A DNA stretch of 64,000 nt from Monocercomonoides exilis PA203. Its lineage: Eukaryota > Protista > Preaxostyla. This document shows positions 11,150-21,303 of the stretch, piece after piece. The stretch spans positions 310,001 to 374,000 of the forward strand of contig LSRY02000029.1 in NCBI GenBank assembly GCA_001643675.2. The letters are read 5' to 3'. Positions within the stretch are counted from its first letter, which is position 1, and each line of letters opens with the position of its first letter. The notes beneath the pieces were generated by a model. The model made no database searches. It was not told the DNA's origin and worked only from the letters and a program-made list of their open reading frames with translations. The position numbers and the translations under genes were made by a program.

Positions 11150-14100
11150 TCAATTGCATTCCCCTTCATTCCCTTTGTTGTCATCATTCTCATCCCCCTC
11201 TTCTCTTCGTGTTTCTACCACATCCACTGCATCTGAAATCGTCATCACCAATGCATCCTTCGGGAAGTGCGAAATCAGCTCCCGTTTCACTTCCACAAGC
11301 GTTATCCTCCTCGAAGCCTCCTGCTCCACACACCCCTTCACAACACTCCAAAGCGACGACCCCTCTGCACCAGCCATGTTCGGCATCTCAAACATCCCAA
11401 TCTTCTCCCCTGCCACCTCTGCCTCGTAATCACCAAACGGAATCTGGAGTGTCAGACACTCCCACAGCATCATCCCGATTGAAAAGGCAACTGACTCCTT
11501 TGTTGCTCCCATCTTCTTGCTGATCAATAGTTCTGGCGCCTTCCATCTCAGACACTCTTTCTTGAAGGCATCCTCATCCTCAAAAGCCCATGAGGGCAGA
11601 GGATCATCATCGTCATCATCACTGGCAGACGTTGCAACTGTTGACGAAGAGATGGATGATGAATCTGAATCATTAGACAATAAGTCAGAATGCATCACAA
11701 TGCAGATCACCATGTGCTCTGAGAATAGCACGATGTGAGGACTCAGACTGGCTAGTGATTGAAGTGGGTTGTCCATTTCATCAAAGGAGTGGAGCGCAAG
11801 ATTAGCCACCCAGAACAGGATCTGAGCAGCTGTTTGCTCCCTTTCCTTCAAACTCCCAATAGCCATTTCTTTCTTCTCGTTCTTTCCATGAAGCAACATG
11901 AACAGCGAATCCCTCAAGTCCACAATCAGCTTCTCATGTGGCGAAGAACAGGCCATTGCATCCACCAGATTCGACATCGAAAAAGTGGTTGGGCACATAT
12001 CTTCCCCTCGAACAAATGTGGATTCTGTGTCTGATGTGTCTGTGGTCGAAGTGGATGAGGTGGATGGTGATGGTGTTCGCTTTCTCGATTTATCATCGTC
12101 TTCCTCATCAACCTTCTCCAGCATCCATTGAGGGATCTTATCTGAATCCCTTCCCAAAATATATTCAGTTGATCCACTCTCAGAAAGAAGATGCTCCGAA
12201 GATTCTGAATGCTCCATATTAGTCTCATACACTCTCTTCTTTATCCTCTCTTCGTTCTTCTTTTCTGCCTCTCTCTCAGCTCTTCTCCACTGCTCTTCTG
12301 GCGACATCTCCATCGTTACCATCTCAATCAGCTTTGGATCTTTTTTGATGTTATCATTCACAATCTCTCTCAGATCTTCAGCTTCGTTTTTCACCTTTCT
12401 CCATCGAACAGCCAGAACAACAGATACAATCAGAACAATCATTAGAGTAACTGCCATGATTATAACAATTAGCAACCAATTAGATTTTCCTTCATTTCCT
12501 CCTTCAACAAGTTTTTCATCTCCATCCACCTTTGCTTTGCTTGCATTCTTCAGAATGAATGATTGAGTTGATGAAGAAGATTCAGTATTCCCAAATAAAA
12601 TATGAACACTCACTTCGATTTCATTTTCACAACTGCTGATGAGATCCTTTCCCACACTTCCTTCAACTTCTCTTTCTGATAAAAATCCATTTGAATCAAA
12701 ATCGTGTTTTTCAATCTCTTTCTCTTCTCCTTTCCGCTTCACAACTGCGAATGACAAGTTGCATGGAACAAGAAGCATTCCTTTGAATGTCAGCTTCATT
12801 CTGTCTGTCTCTTCTTTTGCTTCAACACTCTCCAGAACAGGAATGAAGAATGATGAATCTCTCTCAGAAACAATTCCTTCAAAGCTGCACTTATCATTCA
12901 ACATCCAAAGTGATGAATTTGGGAAAACTCCATCTCCTCCTTTCAAACTCATCACATTCAATGTTCCTGAATCTGAACAGATGATATTTCTTCTCAATGA
13001 CGAATATCCTTCAATTGAGGTATTGCTATTCAAAAATTCTCCTTTCTCAATTATCACATTTCCTCCACTCATTGTTATTCCCCCCTCAGCTGAATTCGAA
13101 ATTGTTGTATCTTTCATCATCACAGAACTCTTCACAACATCCACAAGAGATCCATCCCATGTGCACATCTCTTCTTCCTCATTGAAAGTCTGTTCATTTC
13201 TTTCCTTTGAATTCCCATCAAAAATGCAATTGTCCATTTTCATATCTGTGCAATCCTCCAATTTCATCAATTTCCCTTTTGTAGTCTTTGAACTGATTCC
13301 ACCCATTGAGCAATTTGCTAATTGCATCGTCTTTTTCATTGTCAAGCAAAATATCAACGATTTTCCATTTTCTTTAACCGAAATATTTTCTGTATTGAAA
13401 TCTTTAATTGTTAGTTGTCCACATTCGTTTATATCGAACAGAGATTTTGAAACTGTTGAATTGCAAATCGATAATAAATAAATAACTGATGGAAGAGAAG
13501 ATGAAAGATGCAATGCAGATTCATGGAAAATGAAATTTGACATTGTGCATCCATCAAGTTGCAATTCTCCTTTTTCCATTTTGATAATGTGAAATGGAAT
13601 GTTTGCATATTCTATATTTCCTTTTCCAGCCGATTGTTTTGAAGCGAATGAACAATTCATGATTTCAAGAATCCCTCCCTCGGGTGACATAAATGATTCA
13701 TGTGAAGAGATGAAATTTGAACCAAATACAAAACTCACTCTCAGCATTGAGACTGTTCCTGCTGTTGTTATCAACGCCTCTTTTGATCTTGTAATCTCTG
13801 ATTTTACTTCAACATCACATAAACCTCTGTTCCTCGAACTCAAATTCATTTCCTTCAAATCTATCTCTTCGTATATCATACTCTCTTCAACAATGAACAA
13901 CTGACGAACAGGTTTTGAGATCATATGCTTCAGACCATGAACAATCGAATAACAAGGAAACGCATCACTTCCACATCCCAATGTGTCATGGCCACCAGTC
14001 GATACAGACACAACCATCCACTTCAAAGAAACAAGAAAAACTCGAAGATCGATTTCTTTATATTTTCCATCTTCCCCAACAAATGCATTTCCATCATCCT

Positions 14101-17062
14101 TGAATCCTGAGTAATCAAATGCAAATCGCTCTATTTTCACACTGTTCACAAGATTCCCACTCTTCACAAACACGTTCTTCCCAACTGTTGCCCTGCACCC
14201 AGAAAATGATATTGAAGAAAGTTGAAATGCATCTTCATTCATACTGCAATCCAGATATATTCCTCCTCCTTTTCCTCCAGAACTTGTATCTTCGCTCACA
14301 CAACAGCTGGAGATGGTGGTGTTGCTAACAGAAAATGTGTTAATAGAGGCAGATGATACGAATGAGATGCACCCGCCATAGGTGGCAGTCTGTTGGTTTT
14401 GTGGAGCTGAGGTGATGTTTGCCATGGTGCAGTTTGTGATGGCGAGGGAGAGGGCACGGGAGGTGGCAGAGGAGAGGACACAGCTGGTGGGAGTGGCAGT
14501 GGAGGTGATGTCGGTGATGTTGGAGGAGTTGAGGGTGAGGGGAGCTGTGAGGGAGGTGAGGTGGAAGATGCTGTGGCTGTTGAGGGTGAGTTGGGTGATT
14601 GCTGTGTGGTTGAGGGCGAGGGAGCCAGCAGTGAGGAAGAAGAGGGGTGTGGTGATTGATGATGAAGATGAGGCTGTTCCGGTGATGGTGGTTGTGTTGA
14701 GGTTGAGGGAAGGGGAGTTTTGGGAGAGGTGGAAGAGGATGGGGGTGATGGGATTTGTGGAGTTGTGGGCGATGGCGAGGGCAGAGACTGTGAGGGAGCC
14801 CTGGGTCTGTTGGAAGAGGGCAGGCGAGGCAGATGGATCTGGTGAAGAAGATGCAGATGAAAATAATGAAAATGATGAAAATGATGATGATGACTGTGAT
14901 GATTGTGAATGTGAGTTTGGTGGTTGAGGAATGCCACTGGAGGCAATGGTGGTGGCATCTGTTCCATTTCCAGTGATTATTGTATTTGGGGCACGGAATG
15001 TGAGAGTCTTTGTGGGAGTGAAGGTGGAGACGAGAAGAGAGAGGGAGGCATCACTGAAGGGAGCAATACATCCAAGAGCATACTCCACTGTGGCACATGG
15101 GCTTTGCTGTGTTTTGCCGCAGGCATCGACATCACTTCCACTGTTGGCAACGATTTTGTTCTGGTCAATGATTGGAAGCCAACTGTTGTACATCGCATTA
15201 TCTGCAGTTCCTGCATTCCACACTCTTTTTGATGCTGTTGTTGAGCCACATTGCTGGAATGGGGATTGGGTTATGCTGCCATTGAAGAACGCATCGTTTC
15301 CTCTTCCATTTGTTGCTGTGTTGCCATCAAAGAAGCAGAAAGTGATGAATTTTTCACTATTCATCCAGGAATAAGTTGCTGTACAACATAGAGCAGCTCC
15401 TCCATAATCGGAAGAAGCTATCAATTTATTGTTTATGAACTGGCAGTCATTGATTAAAAATTGCTCTGGTTTATTTTGTGGAGGATAACGAAATGTTAAA
15501 GAACCAGCAGCATCACCACCAGTATTTGCAATACATTTGCATTTTGAAAACAGGAATTGACCGTTTGATGGAAAGTCAACAATGTCAAAATACCACCCAG
15601 TTCCAATGCTTTTTGTTATTGAACAATTTTCAACATTATTTTCAGAATATATCCAAACAGAATGAGATTGAGGGGCATACGTTACAACAGCACCTCCACG
15701 CAAAGCTTGACAGCTGGTGAAGTTAAGTTTTGTGAGGTTGATGGAAAACAAGCAATTACAACATAACGCTCCACCATTGTATCCATCCAAGGTCGAACAA
15801 TTGTTGAACAAGCACGAAGTGATTGAGAGATTAGCATTCACGCAGGCAACATCAAGTGCACCTCCATGATCACCTCCACCATTTGAATTTTCCCATATGC
15901 ACCATTCAAATAGATAGCTATTCAAATCAGAAAAGGACAATCTACTTAATTCTTTTCTTTGAGTTTCGGATCCAATATATTCAACGGGATCATTTGGTGA
16001 AAATCGTGTTTGGTGGAGGAAAGAGGTGTTGAATGCAGAGAGGGAAGTGGCAGGGCTGTTGAGGTTGGGGAGGATGGCTCCATCGATGGGGTTGTGGGTG
16101 TGGATGAAGATGGTTGAGTGGATGGAAAGAGATGAGTGAAGAGAGAAAGAGGGGATTGCATTGGTGTTGGTGAAAGTGGAAGAGGAAGAAGAAGAAGAGG
16201 TTGTTGAGGTGAATGAATTGAGTGAGTGAGAAGGAAGGGATGGAAGTGATAGAGGGGATTGAGGAGATGAGATGTTGGAGAAGAGGGTGTTCGAGAGATG
16301 GAGATAGAGGTGGATTTGGAGGTGGGGATGGGATTGGTAATGGTTATGGAGAGGGGAAGGGGAAGAGGAAATCGAAGGGGAAGGTAAAGGAGAAGGGGAA
16401 GAAAAAGAAGAGGATGACGATGAAGATAAGAAAGATGAAGGAGAAGGGGATGGGGAAGAGAGGGAAGAAGGAGAAAAAAGGAAAGGCTGGATGAGGGAGA
16501 TGAAGGAGGAGAATGAGGAGTGGGAGATGGAGAAGGAGGCAGGGATTGGGGAGTGGGCGTCTGGGAGGAGATTGTTTGGGGTGGAGAAGAGGGGGAAGGA
16601 GAGGATGGCAGGTTGGTGGGTGATGAGGGAGAAGTTTGTGAGGGCGAGGGAGGAATGGGCAGAGAGGAAGAGTGAAGATTTTGTTGCTGGGTGGATTTTG
16701 CAAGTGGAGGAGTAGATGGTTGCAGCTGAGTGGTGTTGGGCAGCGAGGAGTGGACAACCGGTGAAAGGGATGATGTTGAGATGGGTCACACACAAGGAGG
16801 TGTTGATGATATTCAGACTTGTTTGAATACAGCAAATGCGATTGTTAGATGGTTTTATAACTTTCTCCAATGGACTGTTAAAAATATATCTGTTATTGTC
16901 ATTTCCATGTGCAATGTTGATCATGCATTTCTGCATCTCCTTGTTCCATTTTTGATGCATTTGTCTTTCAGCAATGCCTTCACCATTATAGCAGTTAACA
17001 ACAACCATTAGAAATGCAACCATATTGATTGCAGCGTTCATACTGGAACAGCATCTCGTCAT
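11150..17062 (-). CDS. Large single-pass membrane protein: Pmp/beta-helix-like ectodomain, TM helix and degenerate tyrosine-kinase-like (pseudokinase) cytoplasmic domain
   Basis: Uninterrupted ORF; first ATG at 17062 gives 1970 aa. Hydrophobic N-terminus, repeated GGA(L/V)/GGGIY motifs with F..C/N spacing, two GxDxxxCG....PC motifs, TM WLLIVIIMAVTLMIVLIVSVVLAV followed by RWRK (~12400-12480), and kinase C-lobe LRWKAPELL...ESVAFSIGMMLWECLTLQIPFGDY. No recognisable HRD, DFG or Gly-loop. Confidence 0.85.
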   Translation of the reverse strand: MTRCCSSMNAAINMVAFLMVVVNCYNGEGIAERQMHQKWNKEMQKCMINIAHGNDNNRYIFNSPLEKVIKPSNNRICCIQTSLNIINTSLCVTHLNIIPFTGCPLLAAQHHSAATIYSSTCKIHPATKSSLFLSAHSSLALTNFSLITHQPAILSFPLFSTPNNLLPDAHSPIPASFSISHSSFSSFISLIQPFLFSPSSLSSPSPSPSSFLSSSSSSSFSSPSPLPSPSISSSPSPLHNHYQSHPHLQIHLYLHLSNTLFSNISSPQSPLSLPSLPSHSLNSFTSTTSSSSSSSTFTNTNAIPSFSLHSSLSIHSTIFIHTHNPIDGAILPNLNSPATSLSAFNTSFLHQTRFSPNDPVEYIGSETQRKELSRLSFSDLNSYLFEWCIWENSNGGGDHGGALDVACVNANLSITSCLFNNCSTLDGYNGGALCCNCLFSINLTKLNFTSCQALRGGAVVTYAPQSHSVWIYSENNVENCSITKSIGTGWYFDIVDFPSNGQFLFSKCKCIANTGGDAAGSLTFRYPPQNKPEQFLINDCQFINNKLIASSDYGGAALCCTATYSWMNSEKFITFCFFDGNTATNGRGNDAFFNGSITQSPFQQCGSTTASKRVWNAGTADNAMYNSWLPIIDQNKIVANSGSDVDACGKTQQSPCATVEYALGCIAPFSDASLSLLVSTFTPTKTLTFRAPNTIITGNGTDATTIASSGIPQPPNSHSQSSQSSSSFSSFSLFSSASSSPDPSASPALFQQTQGSLTVSALAIAHNSTNPITPILFHLSQNSPSLNLNTTTITGTASSSSSITTPLFFLTAGSLALNHTAITQLTLNSHSIFHLTSLTAPLTLNSSNITDITSTATPTSCVLSSATSRALSLAITNCTMANITSAPQNQQTATYGGCISFVSSASINTFSVSNTTISSCCVSEDTSSGGKGGGIYLDCSMNEDAFQLSSISFSGCRATVGKNVFVKSGNLVNSVKIERFAFDYSGFKDDGNAFVGEDGKYKEIDLRVFLVSLKWMVVSVSTGGHDTLGCGSDAFPCYSIVHGLKHMISKPVRQLFIVEESMIYEEIDLKEMNLSSRNRGLCDVEVKSEITRSKEALITTAGTVSMLRVSFVFGSNFISSHESFMSPEGGILEIMNCSFASKQSAGKGNIEYANIPFHIIKMEKGELQLDGCTMSNFIFHESALHLSSSLPSVIYLLSICNSTVSKSLFDINECGQLTIKDFNTENISVKENGKSLIFCLTMKKTMQLANCSMGGISSKTTKGKLMKLEDCTDMKMDNCIFDGNSKERNEQTFNEEEEMCTWDGSLVDVVKSSVMMKDTTISNSAEGGITMSGGNVIIEKGEFLNSNTSIEGYSSLRRNIICSDSGTLNVMSLKGGDGVFPNSSLWMLNDKCSFEGIVSERDSSFFIPVLESVEAKEETDRMKLTFKGMLLVPCNLSFAVVKRKGEEKEIEKHDFDSNGFLSEREVEGSVGKDLISSCENEIEVSVHILFGNTESSSSTQSFILKNASKAKVDGDEKLVEGGNEGKSNWLLIVIIMAVTLMIVLIVSVVLAVRWRKVKNEAEDLREIVNDNIKKDPKLIEMVTMEMSPEEQWRRAEREAEKKNEERIKKRVYETNMEHSESSEHLLSESGSTEYILGRDSDKIPQWMLEKVDEEDDDKSRKRTPSPSTSSTSTTDTSDTESTFVRGEDMCPTTFSMSNLVDAMACSSPHEKLIVDLRDSLFMLLHGKNEKKEMAIGSLKEREQTAAQILFWVANLALHSFDEMDNPLQSLASLSPHIVLFSEHMVICIVMHSDLLSNDSDSSSISSSTVATSASDDDDDDPLPSWAFEDEDAFKKECLRWKAPELLISKKMGATKESVAFSIGMMLWECLTLQIPFGDYEAEVAGEKIGMFEMPNMAGAEGSSLWSVVKGCVEQEASRRITLVEVKRELISHFPKDALVMTISDAVDVVETRREEGDENDDNKGNEGECN

Positions 17063-17536
17063 TGAGGTTGATGTAGGAGAAAAACTCAAATTAAAAAAAA
17101 AACTTGCGCCCAATATAATTTTTCAAGTTTCATTTTTTGGAATCTTTCTGTTTCTGTCAAAAACCAAAGATATTTGAAAAGTCATAAATTAATCTAAGCC
17201 TTTGCGACAGACCGACATTTTCCAAAGTGTTCGACAAGTTGACCGACAATGCAAAATATTTCTATTTATATTAATTTCATTTTCATTTCATTTATTCGTT
17301 TTTTCTTATCATGGTATCTCAATATTTTGATTTATTAATAGAAAAACAAACAAATCAACAATTATCTGTTTTTGATGGAAATGAATAATTTTTAACATTT
17401 TGCTATTAAGAAATTGATTTTTCATGGTTTCGAAATTAAAAAATTATCATTAGTCCATGAAAAATGACTTATTGTCCTTTTTTTAACATTAGATTTTATA
17501 TTTTTCCCTTGTTTCAAAAATTCATTTTTTCGACAA

Positions 17537-17604
17537 AGATCAGTCGGTCGAATAGATCAGTCGGTCGAATAGATCAGTCGGTCGAACAGATCAGTCGGTC
17601 GAAC
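17537..17604 (+). repeat. 4 x 17-bp tandem repeat AGATCAGTCGGTCGAA(T/C), hAT subterminal repeats
   Basis: Direct reading. The core TCGACCGA / GACCGAC also occurs at ~17240, ~21163 and ~23187. Confidence 0.9.
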
Positions 17605-17631
17605 GGAAATATTGATTATTTCATAGATATC

Positions 17632-20600
17632 ATGAATCAATTGACAACATATGAGGATTTTTTAAGGAGCTTGCCTTTGGAATTACAAAACAGTGCAAAA
17701 TCAAAAGAAATCGTTTGAATTTAACATTAGACAAAATTTGACAGAAACTTTTTTATTTCATTTTTTTTTACAAAAGAGTGCTGCATTAAGCAAAAAAATA
17801 GAAGAGCTAAAAAAAAGTGATTGTTCATTTGTTGAGTTGGAATGTTCAAAATCAACTATTTTTGGAAAATGTTTGATATTTTCAAGTTTTGATCAAAAAT
17901 TATATCATTTCATTTGTTTTGATTATTATCAAGTTTACAGGCACCCTAATAACACTGGAGAAGACATAGGAAAAGTTCACTTTGAAATTCAAAAAAATTC
18001 AGTTTGGATAGCTTACACACCTGTGAAAAATGATGGAACGTTGAAAAAAGATGGACATATTTATTATTTGTGTCCAAACAGCAAAGAAGGAGTTAATTGT
18101 GGAGTTTCCGGAAGAAAAGGATGTGATCGAATAATTAATCATCAATGTCCCCTTTTGACTAATTCATCAATCGTTAAATTTATGAAGCAGCATCAACCTC
18201 TCAATCAAACAACTTATTACTCAAATAAAAAAGAAGTTCCATTTCATTTTCAATATGATTTATTGAAAAAACAATTTTTGAGGTTAATTGGACATTGTAA
18301 CATTGCATTTTTATCCGCTTATTCATCTGAGTTTAATAATTTCATTTCTTCTCTCATACAGATTTCTCAACAAAATCCATCATTTTCTCCCGAAACCATA
18401 TTTCCCACATTGAATTACAGAAAACTATCTTCAATAATTCATGAGGAAGTGGAAGGTGCAATTAAAGAAAGGGATGCTGCAATTTTCAATTCTTCAGTCG
18501 GAATTATGATTGACGGTGGAGTAATTGCTGGCAAAAAGTACACTGCAGTAACTGTGGATCCGTTGAATCCGGGTGCTAAGCCAATGTTTTATAAATTAGT
18601 TAAAGCGTGCTATTCGTCCTTTGATTATTCGCAATTAGCAGTCCAAATCATGACTGAAATAAAAGATTTACACGGAGAAGTTCGGTGCTTTTGCACAGAT
18701 GGCTTGCTTCCTCAGAAGCTTGCAATTCAGAGCCTTTCAGAAGAAACCACTACAGAAAAATCTTTGTCATTTTACAAAGGAACACCACCAATTTTTATTT
18801 ATTGTTGCAATCATTTATTAAACTTAGTTGTATCTCATTTTTTCAACAACAACGAATTTTTCGGAAAACAGAAAGATGCAATTATTACATTTACGAAACA
18901 AGCGAAGGTGATTTCCCGCAGGCAACCCTCAACACCAAAATGCCCTTCTTTCATAGAAACAAGATGGCTTTGCATTTATGATATTTGTTTTTTTATTAGA
19001 AAACATTTTCATGATGATAATTTTTCAAAACAACAGGAATTGATTTTTATCGAAAATGTGATCAAATGTGAACTACTATTATTTCCCTTAAGAGAACTTC
19101 AGTTACAGTTCGAAAAAGATGAAACGAAGTTGGGAGATGTATTCCCTCTGCTGGTGAAAGCATTTGCACGCCACTCATGGATGCAGGACCTTGAAGAATT
19201 CTCTGAAGAAAACTGGCAATCTGGTTTATGTAATATTATAATCCTTTTGTTTAATTATTTTTTTGCAGGTGACAGGGGAAACCTGATCTCTTTGGCCTTT
19301 TCATTGACTCCTGGAGGGAGAAAAAACTATCAATTGGGTTCTTTTTCTGAGTCATACAACCAAGAATTGAATAGGCTGAAAGCGAATTACGAACTTGTTT
19401 TTCGTAGTGTAACATTGGATCAAACAACGAAAAACTCTGAATCAAAAACAAATCAACAAAACTTGATTCAAAACACTTCTAAAAAAATGAATCCATTATA
19501 TTCATTAGAGCAATCAAAACATATGCCATCATCTTCTATTTCGTCTTCGTCCTTCGAATCCTTTTTAGTTTCCTCCCCGTCGTCTTCATCTTTTTCTGAT
19601 TCTTCATCAAGTTCTGCTTCAAATTCTTCATCGTGTTCTCCTTCAAATTCTTCATTGTGCTCTCCTTCAAATTCTTCATCAAATTCATCAAATCAAGTTG
19701 TCGATTATGATCTGAGAACTTTTATCTTCGAAAAACGAAGTGACCGAAAGAAAGAATTATTTTCGAAAACTTCAAAACAAATCGTTGAGTCCAGAAGTCC
19801 AATAGATAGCGATATTTTTACAAATAAATTGTCATTCGATTTTCCTTCTTCTTCGTCAACATACACATTTAACACTTTTTCAATTGATTCGTTTTATTCA
19901 GCAATTCGATCACAAAATCCATCACTCTATGATAATTCAAATAAAGACTCATCCTTCATTCCTCCGTCAAATCAGTCTTCTTCAGCCAAAGTCTCTGAAA
20001 AAAAAGAAAACTCTTTTGCTGAATATTCTCGAATTGTTCAACTTCTTCAAATTATCGAAGAAAACTCTTCAACAAAATGTGAAGAATCTTCTTCAAAACA
20101 TGAGGAGAAAACAGATGAAACAGATGACGATGAGTTTGGACTTTTACAAGCTGAAAGCGACTCTGAAGAAGATGAATACACGGAAAAATCTGAATCTTCT
20201 GCATCATCAATGAAAGAAAATGTCACTCACAACACTCGTAACAAAAGGAGAAAAGAAAATGAAGATTGTTCTGAAGAAAAAGGAAAAAATGAAACGGATG
20301 ATATGGACGATGATGAAGAAAAGAAAAATGAAGAAAATGAAGAAGATATTGTTTTCATAGGTTCAAATGAACAAATTGAAATTGGAACTCTTAAAAATTT
20401 AGAGCAAAAGGTTGAAGAAACAAGAAACATCCAAGAGAAAATTAATATGGACTGGTTCATAAGAATGAAAAGTGGATTTCATGGTTATATATCAAAAGTG
20501 TTTCTGAACCAAACGGAAAACTTCAAGGAAAAGCTTGAAGCTTTGTATTCTTCATTTCTTCTTGATTGCCATCAATCATTTCTACAGAATAATTTATTTG

Positions 20601-20789
20601 TTTTTTTTTGCAGAAATTAGTAAGTCTGGCATGTTTCATTCGATATTTTCGAACGTTTGTTTCGCCTTGGTTACGTTTCCGTGTAGCGAAGCTTCTTGTG
20701 AGCGCCTCTTTTCTCGACTTCGACGTATTGTTGGGGATAGAAGGCACTCTCTTTCTTTGGAAACTCTCAATAATTTACTTTTTCTTTAG
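17632..20789 (+). CDS. hAT transposase; intron 17713-17776; one-base frameshift in a T9 run at 20601-20609 separates the C-terminal dimerization domain
   Basis: IMIDGG (D1), FCTDG (D2), IYCCNHLLNL (CxxH) and ETRW motifs. The hATC-like LVTFPCSEASCERLFSRLRRIVGDRRHSLSLETLNNLLFL* (catalytic E) lies in a different frame (ORF 20535-20789). A long Ser/acidic insertion precedes it. Confidence 0.9.
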
Positions 20790-21303
20790 TTTTTTTTTCA
20801 TTTTTGTTCATTTAATATGCTCCTTTGTTATTTATCATATAACGCTTTTCAATATAAAGCAATTTCTATTTTTGAAATTTTGACAATTATTATTTTTGAA
20901 TCACATCTCCATATGTTCATAAACAAACATTTTTTTAATGCATAAGTTGACTTTATTTTTCGATATGATGCATTTTCAAACAAAAATTGTGAACATTCTC
21001 TTATCTGCTCACTCACGAACAGCATCTCCCTGCAAAAATATATGTTAACAATTTTTGAAGTCACATGAATACTGACTTCCTCATCGATTTTCTTAAATAT
21101 CTATCTTCCATCTTTTCTTGAGCAAAACTTTTGATCATTCCAGAAAAAAAGGTTATAATCCTTCGACCGATTGAAAAACTTCTTATTTTCTTAACTTATA
21201 TAAAAAATTCTTTCAAAATGTCTCAGGATGAACATCTCATGAGTATTCCATGAATCCATTTTGCACGCTTCCGCTTTTTTTTTGCTTTTATTTGCTATTT
21301 TCT

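Noticed and set aside
10995-17011. Many plus-strand ORFs over the receptor gene (and similar antisense ORFs over GCP, CysRS, Vps11 and the 1528-aa ORF)
   Set aside because: Antisense shadows of long, compositionally biased coding sequence, with no independent motifs.
17537-17604. CRISPR-like short repeats
   Set aside because: The repeats are directly tandem with no spacers, there are no cas genes, the context is eukaryotic, and they lie in the hAT subterminal region.
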